Assembly (NCBI RefSeq): GCF_006345805.1
Contig: NC_043002.1
Coordinates: 6,510,001 to 6,574,000 of the forward strand
DNA: 64,000 bases
DNA from: Octopus sinensis
Taxonomy: Eukaryota
Direction of reading: 5' to 3'
Each line of letters starts with the position of its first letter. Position 1 is the stretch's first letter. Of the stretch, positions 12,386 through 27,213 are shown in pieces. Made by a program: the position numbers and the translations under genes. A model generated the notes under the pieces. The model did not search any database, was not told where the DNA came from, and saw only the letters and a list, made by a program, of their open reading frames with translations.

Positions 12386-13193
12386 GTAGGTGGATAAAAA
12401 GATAGATAGATATCAAATTTGTATATATGTGGAGTGGCACATTCAAGTATTGAAGCAAAAAGGGCAGCAAAAGTTAGTAAATTGGTGTTAGTAAAAATAG
12501 ACAGGAAAACAAGATTGGGATAAGACAGTGAGAAAAAGAAGGGATTATAAATAAAGAAACGGAGAAAAAAAGAAGAATAACTGCGAAAGAGTGAGAGTGG
12601 GAAAGAATGAAGAAACTATATGCCAATATATAAAAATGATAATGTCACTCAACATTGAAATTGTCTTAAAAAGTAAACGAAGGAAATAAAGACGGAGTGA
12701 TAGTGAGGAAAATATAATAAGGGATATATACATCGATAACATGTATAAAGGAAGAAAGCAAGAAATAAAGAAGGAATGAATGAAAGACGAGGCAAAAATG
12801 AATGAAAGAAATAACGAAAGAAAATTAAAGATGGGAAGGAAGTAAAATATCAAAAGAAAACAAAAGCGCTAAGAAAATAAACCGCACAAACCGCATCGTA
12901 ACAGACGAAAGATGATGTTTTGACAGAAAACTACAATACAATGATCGATCGAAAATGGCCGCTGGTGTAACTGTGAACGAGAAGGAAAAACACTGGCAAG
13001 ACGTTTATTTCCTGATTGATTCGGTTGTGGTTGTATGGTTGGTGGTAGTGACAAAAGATGGTGGAAGTGGTTTGTGTTTAAGGAATGTTGTCCATAACGG
13101 TATCTCGTTTATATATTTGGTTAATTTTTTATGTTTTCGTTTTCCGTCACTTTCATTCTTTTTTATGTGCATTAGATTAGTATGAGTTGGTAA

Positions 13194-13593
13194 TCTTCTT
13201 TATATATAAAAGTGAAGTTGTGTGTCTGTCTCCTACGATTTAGATTCCTAACTACTCCCACATTTTGCGGTGCAGTTTAACCAAAACCGGGTATCTTATA
13301 GTCGTGATTCATATCGAGCCCTTCTGGGTATTAGCGCGCGCCTACGATGAGTCTACGATTTAAAAAATAATTTACCATAATTTTTTTCCATTTTAATGCA
13401 TTTTTTCGCTATTATATAAGGGAAGTAACTCTCTAAAAATGTCTACGATGAGTCAACGATTTAAAAAAAAATTTCCATAATTTTTTTTCCATTTTTAATG
13501 CATTTTTTTGCTATTTTTTGGCTATAACTCTCTAAAAATGCTTATATAGTTATTTCCCTTACAAACCCGAGCAACGCCGGGCGATACTGCTAG
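13194..13593 (+). mobile_element. Non-autonomous Helitron
   Basis: Starts TC after host A and ends CTAG before host T. Subterminal GC hairpin CCCGAGCAACGCCGGG; ~100-bp internal tandem duplication (about 13342-13540); no TSD. Confidence 0.85.
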
Positions 13594-13659
13594 TTCCCGA
13601 TAAAACGTGTTGTACTAAACTGGTTCCATTCTTAGTCATGGCTCTTGCACCAATGTCAT

Positions 13660-13895
13660 ACCTATTTCGTTACTACCCACAAGGGGCTAAACACAGAGAG
13701 GACAAACAAGGACAGACAAACGGATTAAGTCGATTATATCGACTCCAGTGCATAACTGGTACTTATCTACTCGACTCCGAAAGGATGAAAGGTAAAGTCA
13801 ACCTCGGCGGAATTTGAACTCAGAACGTAGCGGCAGGCGAAATACCGCTAGGCATTTTGCCCGACGTGCTAACACTTTTGCCAGCTCGCCGCCTT
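13660..13895 (-). mobile_element. tRNA-derived SINE family B
   Basis: Minus strand GGCGGCGAGCTGGCA..GAGTTCAAATTCCGCCGAGGT..CCTTTCATCCTTTCGG..GCCCCTTGTGGGTAGTAA; many copies in the window. Confidence 0.88.
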
Positions 13896-14419
13896 CTTAT
13901 AACAGTCAATGCAAAATGTGATAACTACCTTTCATTTTTCAATCCGTTGGAGTCAATAATAATAACTAACCATTGATAGACGCCTATCGTGCCCATGAGT
14001 CAATCGATTCTATCGTTTTGGTTTGATACAGTGTTAATTAAATCCTAAATTGAAATTCGCAGTTCCTTATAGATGATATTCAACACGGATTTCTCTTAGA
14101 TGAAGTGGAAGAGAAACACGCCACTTTCTTGATCGTAAGTCACCCTAACCCCTATGGTTATATGGGTGTTTTCTGTTTCTATCCCCCCCCACCTCCACAT
14201 TTGTAGTATCTTTATTTCCAGATCTTTCTGAATAGGTAATTCTCCATTTCTTTGAAAGATAAATTATAGTTTATATAGTTTTTTGGGGGGAGACCGATAC
14301 TCCAAGTAGGGGGAATTTCTTTCTCTGACGGTCCTTGACTATAATAGTGTATTCGTATATCCAAAAGTTCTAATTTCTAATTCTCCTAAACCTATATTCA
14401 CTTCAAGACATTATTCTTT

Positions 14420-14634
14420 TGTTCTTTATTCTTTTGTTTCAGTCATTTGACTGTGGACATGCTGGAGCACCACCTTTAGTCGAGCAGATCGACCCCCAGG
14501 ACTTATTCTTTGGATGCCTAGTACTTATTCTATCGGTCTTTTTCGCTGAACCGCTAAGTGACGGGGACGTAAACACACCACCATCGGTTGTCAAGCGATG
14601 TTGGGGGAGGGGACAAACACAGACACACAAACAT

Positions 14635-14687
<53 letters not shown>

Positions 14688-14850
14688 CGACGGGCTTCTT
14701 CCAGTTTCCGTCTACCAAATCCACTCACAAGACTTTGGTCGGCCCGAGGCTATAGTAGAAGACACTTGCCCAAGTTACCACACAGACGGACTGAACCCGG
14801 AACCATGTGGTTCGTAAGCAAGCTACTTACCACACAGCCACTCCTACGCC
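14420..14850 (-). mobile_element. SINE family A, full length
   Basis: Reverse-complement homologue of 7826-8222. Confidence 0.88.
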
Positions 14851-15273
14851 TATTATAGGGATAAAATATAATATTAATGTTTATAACTTCTGGCCTACAA
14901 GTGCTTCCAAGGGTCAGAAATATGGGTGGAGGAACAATTAGTTATATGGAATCCCGTTGTTTGGTATCTTATTTTACCACCTATAGAAAGATGACAAGCA
15001 AATTTGACCTCGTTACTATTTGAAAAACTGTAATAAAAAAACACAAGATACTTTTACTAACGCTCCAACGATTTGGTTGTCCTCGCACCTCAATAAAAAT
15101 ACTTCCTCATATAGGTACAAGATAAGCAATTTTTGAGGAGGTATTAATCAATTGAAACGACCACAATACTTGACGGGTATTTAATCGATTTCGGAAGGAT
15201 CAAATGTGAAGTTGACATCAGTGGGATTTGAACTGAGAGAGAGATTTGTATCGACATATGCAGATGCTTTCTC

Positions 15274-15732
15274 TGTAAAGAGTCGGACATCAAACATATC
15301 ATGATAACCAGCATTGCTCCAATGGGGTATGAGGCGATAACAGGCGTCAAAATAAACCAGGAAAAGTCACTGGGCCTGCAGATCGGGACCTGGCTTGACT
15401 TTTCCTTGCCAACAGTGTCATGGTATGTTTGTCGGACGGATTGGTTAAAATTCTCGAGGTTTGGCTAAGTTCAAATCTCCAAGTGTAGAAGAATTGGGAA
15501 GAGGTGTCGAGCAGAGTGGTTAGTCTTATCCAAACAACGAGACTGTTATATAAAAGCCTGGCCTTAGTGCCTTGTCCTGTCACGTCTAACCTGAAGAGAC
15601 GTCTTGTCTTTGGCTTTTGTGAAGAGGATTTGCCTCACTACTCTGGTGCTCCGTTTCCTGTCAACACCCACTGAGTAACGGACTGACCATGTTGTGACTG
15701 ATAAAGAGTAGACGAGTGATGATGCCGCAACA
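15274..15732 (+). mobile_element. Probable solo LTR
   Basis: Begins TGT and ends ACA, flanked by the 4-bp direct repeat TCTC; internal TATATAAAAG near 15547; higher GC than its flanks. Confidence 0.5.
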
Positions 15733-16310
15733 TCTCTAGAAATTACTTAACTGGGATCATGCATTGTGGCCATTTCTCAGATATGTTTTTCCAAAGCTTG
15801 TCTCTTTGGAACATGCAATTTTGGGTGAAGCAACGATCGAGACCGGGCGTTTCTAATGTGGAATGTTATGAAGCGATCACAGCCTTCTTCAAGTTGAGCA
15901 GTACGATACAGGAAGATACTTCTGGGTTTTTTTTCGGGGGGGGGGGTTCAGAAAATTAATGGTGGTCAAAAACGACGACATACATGGGGAATTGGGCACC
16001 AATGAAAACCAACTGGCTGGTTTGTTCCAAAATACTTCAGTTCTGGAGTCCGTAGATAATTTCCAAAAGTTCCTGGTATTCTTGATTCCAAACAAAATTC
16101 GCAGACAAGAAAATCCTGTCATCAGGGCATGTCGCAGATGCACGCTATCTGGGCATTACTTTCTAAGTTCAAATCCTGTCGAGGGCAACTTTGCCTTTCA
16201 ACTAAGCATTTCATTCTTTTCGAGTTGATAAAATAAAGGATCCAGTACTGAATTCGATATAATCTTACACCCTCCCAATAAAATTACTGTCCTTCTGCAA
16301 AACTTTTAAA

Positions 16311-16311
16311 C

Positions 16312-16352
<41 letters not shown>

Positions 16353-16401
16353 GATAATGATAATATAATAATAATAATATAATGATAATGATAATTATTA
16401 T

Positions 16402-16438
<37 letters not shown>

Positions 16439-16647
16439 GCTACTACTCTACTACTACTATTATTATTATTATTATCATCATCATTATTATTATCATTATT
16501 ATCATTATTATCATTATCATTATTATTATTATCATTATTATTATTATCATCATCATCATCATTATCATCATTATTATTTATTATTATTTTATTATTATTA
16601 TTAATATATTATTATTATTATTATATTATTATTATTATTATTATTAA

Positions 16648-16684
<37 letters not shown>

Positions 16685-16719
16685 TATAATATTATTAATA
16701 TATTATTATTATATTATTA

Positions 16720-16759
<40 letters not shown>

Positions 16760-16771
16760 TATTATTATTAA

Positions 16772-16812
<41 letters not shown>

Positions 16813-16879
16813 ATATTATTATTATTTTATTATTATTATTACTATTATTATTATTATTATTATATATTATTATTATTAA

Positions 16880-16919
<40 letters not shown>

Positions 16920-16923
16920 ATTA

Positions 16924-16992
<69 letters not shown>

Positions 16993-17000
16993 TATTACTA
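16311..17000. repeat. Compound trinucleotide microsatellite (AAT/ACT/ATC/ATT)
   Basis: Directly visible. Confidence 0.95.
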
Positions 17001-17518
17001 TCGTTATAACAACAGCTAAAAGCGGTTAACAAGCAACTGCAACAAAAATCACCGGCAGCAACTTGGATAACACACATCAATTATGTGTGTAACAAGAACG
17101 GCGATAAATGGCGACCACAACATAACAAGAGTAACATCAACAATAACAACAATGGCAGCGGCAAGGAAAACAAACAACAATGAAACAAAAAAACATTGCT
17201 ACAACAACAAGAGTAGCAGCAATAGCCACAACAAAACAGACAATGACAGGAACAACAAAACAAATAAAAAGAAATAAACATAAAGAAAAAAGAAAACAAG
17301 CCGAGTGGCAGCAGCAGTCGTAATAGGAGCCATGATGTGACATCAATAACAAGAAACAAGTAACTTCCAGGTCATGAGGCAAGTGATATGAAAGAAGCTC
17401 TTGAAGCGGCGGCGGCCATTTGAAAGAAGGAACGAACTCAATTATTGTTGAGCAAGCTGTTTGTGAATGTCCGTCGAGGAGGTTCTGACGGAGGGAGACG
17501 GACGGAGGGAGATTGGCC

Positions 17519-17519
<1 letters not shown>

Positions 17520-17586
<67 letters not shown>

Positions 17587-19130
17587 CAGAGAGAGGATAG
17601 AAATAATGGTATAGAGAGAGAGAGGAAGGACAGAAAGAATGGTCGGGAGAGACAGAGGGGGAGAAAGACAGAGAGAATGGGTGAGTGTGAGAGAGAGACG
17701 GAGAGAAAGAATGATCGAGAGAGAGAGAGAGAGAGATAATGGTATAGAGAGAGAGAGAGAGGGAGGACAGAAAGGACGGTCGGGAGAGAGAGAGGGAGAG
17801 GGAGAATGACAGAGAGAACAGTTGAGAGAGAGAGAGGATAAAGATAATGGTATAGAGGAGAGAGGGAGGGTGTTCGGGAGAAGGACAGAGAGAACAGTCG
17901 AGAGAGAGAGAGAAAGAAGGACACCAGATGGTTGAGAGAGAGGGGGAGGGCAGAGAGAATGATCGAGAGAGAAGGACAGAGATAAAGATAGAGAAACAGA
18001 GATAGAGAAGGAGAAAGAGAGATGGTACTTACGAGAGATAGAGAGAATATGGCGGTCAATGAAGGAAAGAGACAGAGAAAATGGAGATGGCGAATAAGAG
18101 AGAAAGAAGGAGGTCTTAAAAAAAGACGAAGACGATATTGTATCGTAAAAGGAGAGAAAAGAGGATGAAGAGGTGAGTGAATGAAAGGGAGCGCAGGGGT
18201 GAAAGGGGAACGTGGATTGACATGAAAGAAAAGGGAGGAGAGAAAAGGGAGGAGCGGAGTTTGTGACTGAGAAATGTAAAGGAAAGAGAGAGAGAGAGTG
18301 TGTGTGTGAGAAAGAGAGAGAGAGAGTGAGTGAGAGAGAGAATGAGGGAGAGAGAGTGAGTGAGAGAGAGAGAGTGAGAGAGAGAGAGTGAGAGAAAGTA
18401 GATGAGGTGAATGAAAGAGAGAGAGAGAGATGCAGGGAAAATGAAATGAGAATGAAAGAGAGAGAGAGAGAGAGAGAAAAAGAAAGAGTGAGAGAGAAAG
18501 AGAGAGAGAGAGTGAGAGAGAGTAGATGAGGTGAATGAATGAGTGAGAAAGAGAGAGAGAGAGTGAGAGAGAGTAGATGAGGTGAATGAATGAGAGAGAG
18601 AGAGAGAGATGCAGGGAAAATGAAAAGGACAGAAGGAGAAAAATAGAGAGAAATGTGGTAAGAAAAAGCATTGGGTAATGAGATGAAGAGATGGATGAGA
18701 AGAAGAAGGCAAGAAAGTGAATGAAGGAAAGAGATGAGGGAAAGAGGAGATGGAGGGTGGAGATGGACGGTGGACGAGAGAAACTGGATGAGAGAGAGAG
18801 GTGGAGGTAGAGAATGAATGAGTGGTGAATTAGAGGAAGAGAAGGAGGAGATGAATGAAAGAGAGGGAGATGTAAGATAGAAATATGAGGAGAGTAAATG
18901 AGTGGGTGAGAAGGAGAAAGGAGCGGAAAGAATGAAAGAAGCTGGATGAGAGAGAAGTGGACGTAGAGAATGAATGAGTGGTGAATTAGAGGAGGAGGAG
19001 GAGGAGGAGGAGATGGAGGAGGAAGTGGAGGAGATGAATGAATGAAAGAGAAGGAGATTTAAGAAAGAAATATGAGGAGAGTAAAGGAGTGGGTGAGAGG
19101 GGGAAAAAGGGGCTGAGAGAATGAGAGAAA
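17520..19130 (+). repeat. ~1.6-kb GA-rich purine tract with internally duplicated blocks
   Basis: (GA)n runs, repeated GTAGATGAGGTGAATGAA blocks, and 18785-18925 repeated at 18942-19100. Confidence 0.9.
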
Positions 19131-20161
19131 TAGGGGCTCATTTCTTCCCGTCGGATATTTGTCGTAGGATTAGCGATGTTGGCGGAAGTAGTTGTAGATG
19201 TTGTTTATAGCTTTGTGTGTGTGTTTGTGTTAGTGTGTATGTGTAGGTGTATGCGTGTGTGAGTGTATGCCTGTATGCGCGCGCGCGCAGAGACGTAGGA
19301 AGGCTTATGAGCATGTGCAGGATATGGGCACACGCATGTCAGTATGTGGCATTTAACAGAGGTGTGTGCTTGTTTTCGTGTATGAATGACAAAGTAGTGT
19401 GTGATAGTGTCTATGTTCTGTGTGTATGGGAAGGGCAGTGATTTATAGTGGACATACGGATGTATATAAAACCGTGCGTATGAGACGCATATATGACATA
19501 CAAAATAGCTGTGTGTAAATAGGATAAAGCTTGCGCTTGCGTGCACGAGTGCATCTTTATGTGTTTATGTGTGAACGTATCCATATTCGTGCTGTTGGAG
19601 TTTGGCATAAGCTAAACAAGCTATAGCTTGGGGCCTCACAATCCACAAGGATCTCCAAATAATTAAATGCCAATATACGTTTTCAATTTGTGTGAGACAT
19701 ATCTATATAATTTCTAAACAATCGGCCTCTAAGCTTTATAATTTAGGCTCTCAACAAGTCTAAATCCAGCTCTGCCATATAAATGAGTGAAGCAATTGAA
19801 GTGGATTTATTAATGATTATGGTGATTATGGTGGCTTTTGTAGCAGTGGGAGTGTTATTAATGTTCTAGGAATATTAGTATTAAAGGTTGTAATTGATGA
19901 CGTATTAACGGTGATAGTATTATAACATTGGTGGACTGCTGGAGGTTGTAATGTAGCCGAGGATATAGTTGTAATTTTGGAAACGGCTTTGGTTGGTGTT
20001 GACTAGCTCTGTGTCAGACGTCATTGAAATGTAGTTGCAAATGCATTCCACTGTCGTCACCCAATATGTAAGTATACAGGGCGTTCGGTTTAAATTTAGC
20101 GATTTCCATGTCTGTTTTTTTTTCAGGAATACCTTGATGTATTGGTCAAGAGTCAACGACG

Positions 20162-20470
20162 TTGGAGAACATAAGTATTAAGGTTTCAGCTGAGAAAGAG
20201 TTAGCTGACATGAAGGACAAGAAGCCACCTGAATATTCGATGAGTTGCCTGTATGATGACGAATTGTACCTGGTTTCTAAATGTCGATATCGTGACTGCT
20301 ATTCAATGATCTGTGAACACTGTAATGGCTGTAAGACGCAACGTGGACAGGTGCAATGGAATAGACACTACAGGCGCTTTGAATGCATCCACGTGTCGGG
20401 ACAAGATGATGGAAGATCCGAGCTAATAAAACCGGAGATTGGTGAGAGAAGTGGGTCGGCACCATGAAGC
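20162..20470 (+). pseudogene. Possible highly decayed LINE RT remnant
   Basis: LYDDEL resembles the LYADDL motif, and downstream DG..EI..R resembles the RT thumb region. Weak. Confidence 0.25.
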
Positions 20471-20929
20471 AGATCCTAAATGAGAACTTTCGCTACCACA
20501 CTTACAACACGTGCAAGGCATAAAGGAGAACCGCTGAAGGAAGTCAAATAAGCTCCCAAACAAGGAGTAATCTACTTTCTCTCACAGCCACAATTTGTGA
20601 GAGTAAAATGATGTAAAATGATGTGAAAGACAGAGATGACGGTGGTCGAGGTTAAGGCGGTGAAGACAAAGGTATTAATTGTAGTGGCGTCAGAAGTCTG
20701 AGTGGTGTATGTAGGGCAGATGTGGTGGTGATGGTGCTGGTACTGTTGTTTATCATGCATCTTTTCAATAAGTACCAAGACGACAAAGCATATCATTGTT
20801 TTGATGAAAATTGATCGTTACTTGAAAAATATTATTCAAGTTTATATATATGTTTACATATATATATAGATATATATATATGTAGATATACACAAGAGTT
20901 ACGGAATGGGGTAGGAAAGATCCGGGCTA

Positions 20930-21690
20930 CGTATGTTGTGATGGGTAAATTGTTGCCATTTGATATTTCTAATTTCGTATATGTGCATTATTTGTTTTTG
21001 ATTTTGTCAACTATGCTCAGTTGCGCACCGTTTGGAAGTAAAACGGCAACGACATGCTGTACTGCTTGGCATCCGCCCTGGAAGCTCTAATACGAACATT
21101 TCAGGGTGTTTGTCTTTCAATTTGAAGACAGTGCAGAGTACCGAGAGTGATAAAAATCAAACATCCAATCAACATCATGATGTTTAGAGTGATCACTAGA
21201 AATGGCGACGAAAAAACCTCCATTCATTTTCCCCACAAGGACTCAGACTCAACAGCGTAGGTCTTTATCAAATGTAGGGTGGCTACCAGAAGACTCTATG
21301 TTTGGCAACAGGACTCTGCACCATGCCACACAAGCAGGAGATCCCTGTCATAGCTGTCAGACCATTTCTGCGACCACATAGCCCCAGCATCTGGCCACAT
21401 AACGCCAGACTGCAGTTCCTTTGATTATTATATGTGGTGTGCAGTTGAGTTAGAGACGAATAAAACTCTTTGTAACACCAAAGATGAACTGAAGGCTAGG
21501 ATTATGGCAACATTCACCAGCTTAAACAAGGCGAACGTCCACAAGAATTGCAGGAAATTCCGAAGTCGTATGGAGGTCGTGGTTGAAGCCAATGATGATT
21601 TTATTAAATAAATTTACTCTTTAGTATTTCAAAGAGTAAATTTTATGTAATTTTGGTAAATATATCTGTTAAAATGAGATGTCAATGTTT
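20930..21690 (+). mobile_element. Decayed Tc1/mariner transposase relic (maT/DD37D-like)
   Basis: Translates to VWQQDSAPCH ... WP.. ... DYYMWCAVELETNKTLCNTKDELKARIMATF ... RSRMEVVVEANDDFIK* with frameshifts. Confidence 0.75.
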
Positions 21691-21799
21691 TGCTAAATGT
21701 TTTGAGTAACACCCGCACGATTTTCAATAAGAAAAATAAAACTCGGATTCTTTGCGAGGAATCAAGTACCATGATCCCCTAATATGCTGCAAATCCCTT

Positions 21800-21874
21800 A
21801 TTTTGATTCTTTTGGTTCTTTTATTCTTTGATATGTCTCAACGCTGAGGCTTTGGCCATGCTGGGGCCACCGCC
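21800..21874 (-). mobile_element. Isolated 3' end of a CR1-group LINE
   Basis: Minus strand GGCGGTGGCCCCAGCATGGCC plus AAAAGAA-type tail; similar to 2603-2640. Confidence 0.6.
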
Positions 21875-21903
21875 ATATATATAATATATCATATATACAT
21901 ACT

Positions 21904-21970
<67 letters not shown>

Positions 21971-23159
21971 GTGGCATCCTTTTTGTCTCGGAGACAATGG
22001 GGTTGCGCATAAAATAATCTAGTCCGGCTTTTACATTTCATGTCCAAATACATCACCTGCTGTGGCTGTGTAGTCCTATCCTGGACAAGCACACCCTCAC
22101 ACAAAGACTTATGATATATAATATATATATATATATAATATATATATATATATTATATATATATATAATATATATATATATATATAATATATTATATATA
22201 TATATAATATACATATACATATATACACGCAATTCACACTCTTACACCCATACACACACATACTAATATATTTAGTATAAATGATATAAGTTGTGTAAGT
22301 TTAATTTGTGTTGTTGTTGCTATTGTTGTTACTTCCTCGTTAACCCTAACTATACTGAAATATGATCAAAAGCATTCTAGCAGTGATATTCCAGTCCTTT
22401 TTAAGATGTATGTAGACACATATTGCCTAAGTGCAATAATGGCAGGTGTGATGTGATGGAAATTTTGTGTGTGTGTGTGTCTGCTAGGTCAGCAACCGTA
22501 TAGTGGGTCTTTGTAGATGGATGGTAGCTGTGATAGAGGGCGTTGAGGTTGTAATAGAGAAAGGGAGTGGGTGGTATTAATCGTAAGTTTGTGATTGATG
22601 AGGTGGTGGTTGTATTTATTTCGTTGTTTGGTAGTGACAATGATAGAATGGGAGGGGTGTATAATGTCGATGGTGGCGGCGGTGGCTGCGCCGCTGGCAG
22701 TAGTGGTGGCGTTAACGTCGTAGGTGGCAATGGCGGCAGTGTCGGTGGTGAAGGTGGCGGCGACGGACGGAGGTGGTGTCGGTGATGGTGGCAGTGATGG
22801 TGTAGGGGAGGAGAAAAGTGATGTGGTTAGAGCTGGATTTGGAGGTAAACGTAGTGAGACTGCGGAAGGAGGGAGTGGAAGTGATGGTGAGAGCAGAGAG
22901 GTTAGAGGTTGTGACTCTGATAGAAGAAAGTGAAGGTGATGAGGAGGAGCAGAGAGGCACAGGTAGTAATGGTGGTAAAGTCAAGGTGACTGAACTTGAG
23001 TTACTGGATGTAACAGTGTGGTATACACCATGATGGTGCCGTCTTAATGAAGTATTTCTAGTGGTTTATTATAACTAATTAGAAGTTAGACTCCCTGTAA
23101 GGGTTTGCTACAGCTGAGTGGCTGTGGAAGTTCTTGCTATTTTATTGGGGATTCCAGCG

Positions 23160-23830
<671 letters not shown>

Positions 23831-24288
23831 AATCAAACCGAGTCTGTTTGCATTCATCTGGTGGTTAAGTTTTATTACGATAGTCTAAGGTTGATCAAAT
23901 CTATGTAAGTGAAATTAGGAAGAAGGAAACTGCACGGAAGCCCCTTGGATAGACAGAGCTTTACAACATGACTCTCATTAAGAATTGCGTCAAAGATAAG
24001 TGCTGTTAATGGAATACTCAGCCACTTACTAATTAAATAAGTTACTGGTTCAGCTGATTGAACATATAAAAGCTATTGAAATCGACGGAGAACCATTTTT
24101 ACTTACGTGTGAACGAATTTGTGCGGGCATATATCTACATATATATATATATATATATATATAGATATATATATATATATCTATATATAATACATATTTA
24201 AGTGAAAGAATTGGTGGATTTTTTCTCTTATGAGGTTTTTCACGCTAGCTACTGATAAATTCTTATAAAGATTTTATCCTATTTTTAA

Positions 24289-24337
<49 letters not shown>

Positions 24338-24699
24338 GCTTGAATACGAGCGCTGGAGTGTACGTTTGTGTATCTGCATTTGTATTACCTGTGTGTGTTT
24401 GTGTGTGTGTGTTTGTGTGTGTGTGTATGTACGTGCTTGTGTGCGCTGTATGTGTGTGAGTGTACGTGCATGTGTGTGTTGTGTGTGTATATTTGAGTAT
24501 CCTTATTTCTTTTCTTTTGTGTGTGTCTGTGAGTGCGTACGTGCGCGCACCCGTGCGTATATATGTGCGTATGTTTTGTTTTTGTGTTTGCATATGTGCT
24601 TGCGTTCACGGCTATATGTGAACAATATGGCGACAGCACTGTCGAATAAAACGGCAATGAATTCGATATAGAAGAGGCTGATGAAGAGCTGAAGCTGAA

Positions 24700-24904
24700 A
24701 GCCGTGGAGCGGAGGAGGAGGAAGAACTGTAAAATGGCGATGGGGACAACGGCGAAGTTGATGCTGATGATGATGATGATGATGGTGAAAGAAAAACAGA
24801 AGGAAAACGGGAAGTTGAAAGCGGTAGTAAAGATGATGAAGGAAAACCAAATGAAGAAGGAGGAGGAGGAGGAAGAGGAGGAAAATAATAATAATAAAAA
24901 TAAT

Positions 24905-24970
<66 letters not shown>

Positions 24971-25112
24971 AAGAAGAATGAGAAGTGGAAGAAGGAGAAG
25001 AAGAAGAAGAAGGGGAAGAAGAAGAAGGGGGAGAAGAAGAAGGGGAAGAAGAAGAAGAAGAAAAAGAAAAAGAAGAAGAAGAAGAAGAAGGGGAAGAAAA
25101 GAAAAAGAATAA

Positions 25113-25143
<31 letters not shown>

Positions 25144-25190
25144 AAGAAGAAGAAGAAGAAGAAGAAGAAGAAAAGAAGAAGAATGGGGTT
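24700..25190. repeat. Compound (GAT)/(GAG)/(AAT)/(GAA) microsatellite
   Basis: Directly visible. Confidence 0.95.
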
Positions 25191-26394
25191 TGAGTTGATA
25201 AATGTGGTAATATAGAAGATGAAGAAAGAATTGTCTTGAGAAGAAGAAATGATAGGCGCGGGAAGAAGGGATGACAGGAGGAAAAAGAGGGCAGAGGAAA
25301 AAGAAGGGAGACGATATGTTACATTGAAGGGAAGTTTGAGAGATCGTTAATATTAATCCCAATGGGGTGGGAGCCGATTTGACATGTTTAATTAGAATGT
25401 CAAATCTGGCTAGCACTTCATTTGAGAATTATACTGGCCGCAAGACATTAAAAACAAAACCAAAACAGACGAGTTTGTGGCACTAGTTTATATGAATGGC
25501 TTGCAGACACATCAAAACAAGAGTTGTTTTCATACAGTGCTTTACCATCGTTAAGTCATATTTGGCGTTAATATATCGCTACCAGAGCAGTGAAGATGGT
25601 CGTTTGGATTAATATGTCTGTCGACTTCTATGGCTAAAGTGACGTAGCAAATAATATTTGAATTCCGTCCCAAGGCGCTACGATCTACGCTGAGAATATT
25701 TCGGCGTTATTTAGTAGGAGAAAACAAAAAAGACAGAAAGGCCGGCAGAGAATAGAAGATAGAAATACGAAAAAAGAAAAGAAAGTGACGTAGTTGGGGG
25801 AACAGGATAGATATGTTATTGTTATAATTATTGTTATTATTTAACCCCGGGTCAGTCCAAATTGAGTAGCCCGATAGTCGAATGCCTTTCGGCCTCTAAT
25901 ATTCCGTAACTTTGTCTAGTGTGTATTTTTCATTTTTTTAAAGATGTAATTTGAGAGAATCTGGTTACTATTTCTTGCATATTGAGCGATCCCAGATTTC
26001 GATAAAAAGTTTTTGGGGCTACTTTTTAACTCTGCTCAAACAAACCAATTTTGAAATGGATTCCAGCCACCACCATCCCATCATCCTTTTCTGTGGATGG
26101 AATTCAGTACGTTATCGAACGTGACTCATTTTATAGAGTGGGTTGCAAGCGGAAGGAAATTTGGCAGCTATTTCTAGCAAATCAAGCAACAGAAGTGTTG
26201 TTTCTCAGACTGAATGTCCCTTACCACAGGTATTGGCTTCAAAGGAGTTCAAATCCTGCAACAATTGACTTAGCTCTCCTCTGTTCGTAGTCAATAATTG
26301 TAAACGTTACATTGATAACAATTGTTTTGATTCCTATTTACATAAAAAGTTGCAATTCATATAAATAGCAGTATAATTTTGAAATGTTGTCGAA

Positions 26395-26915
26395 GTTGTG
26401 TAGCAAGACGTTTGCTTCTCAACTACGCGGTTCTGGGTTCAATCCTACAATGTGTCACCTTGGATAGGTGTCTCCTACTATAGCCTCGGGTCGGCTGAAA
26501 CTTGTGAGTAGATTTGGTAGATGAGAACTGGAAGTAGCTGTCGTATATATATGTGTGTGTGAAGGCGCGAGGCGTACTGGTTATGCTGCCACACTCACGA
26601 TCGCTTAGATCGTGGGTTCGATTCCCAGATCGAGCGGCGCGTTGTATTCTTGAGCAAAACACTTCATTTCACGTTGCTTCAGTCCCCACTCCTAATCAGG
26701 GAAAGATGTTGGCCTGTTCACTTAACCAGCGGGTGGCGTCATTCGAAGACTAAAACAATGCACAGCAAAATTATGACCAGCGATGTGTAGCAGCATCTGA
26801 TAGTCTGGTCGCTTACGCGTTGTATGTATGTATGTACTGGGGTTTAATTATTTTGACTAAACCCTTCAAGGTGATGCCCCAACATAGCCGCATTCTTAAG
26901 ATTAAAACAAGAGGT
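26395..26915 (+). mobile_element. SINE family A with SINE family D (26560-26812) nested in its central microsatellite
   Basis: SINE-A head 26395-26550; SINE-D with GGTTCGATTCCC; SINE-A tail AAGGTGATGCCCCAACATAGCCGCA near 26870. Confidence 0.7.
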
Positions 26916-26967
26916 AAAATGTATATATACATGAGAATGTGCGTATATGTATGTATGTATACATATA

Positions 26968-27167
26968 AGGAGAGTTTAGGAAAAAAACAAAAGACGAAAA
27001 CAGGTGGTGTACAAAACAAACAGATGTATTAGAATAACACTCAGGAATAGGAAAAGTCTTTTACGTTTCGAGCCGACGCTCTTCTACAGAAAGGGACACA
27101 GAAAAAACAAGGAGAGAAACAAGGAGAGAAAAAAAATGTGTGTAGTGGCTAACGATCTATCATGGCG
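26968..27167 (-). repeat. Penelope-like pLTR fragment with minimal hammerhead-like motif
   Basis: Minus strand starts TCGCCATGATAGAT (also at 60104, end of the PLE) and contains CTTT-CTGTAGA-A-GAGC-GTCG-GCTC-GAAA-CG-TA-AAAG. Confidence 0.7.
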
Positions 27168-27177
27168 ATATGATATA

Positions 27178-27213
<36 letters not shown>

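Noticed and set aside
17442-18712. 409-aa and 198-aa Leu/Ser-rich ORFs
   Set aside because: Translations of (CT)n low-complexity sequence.
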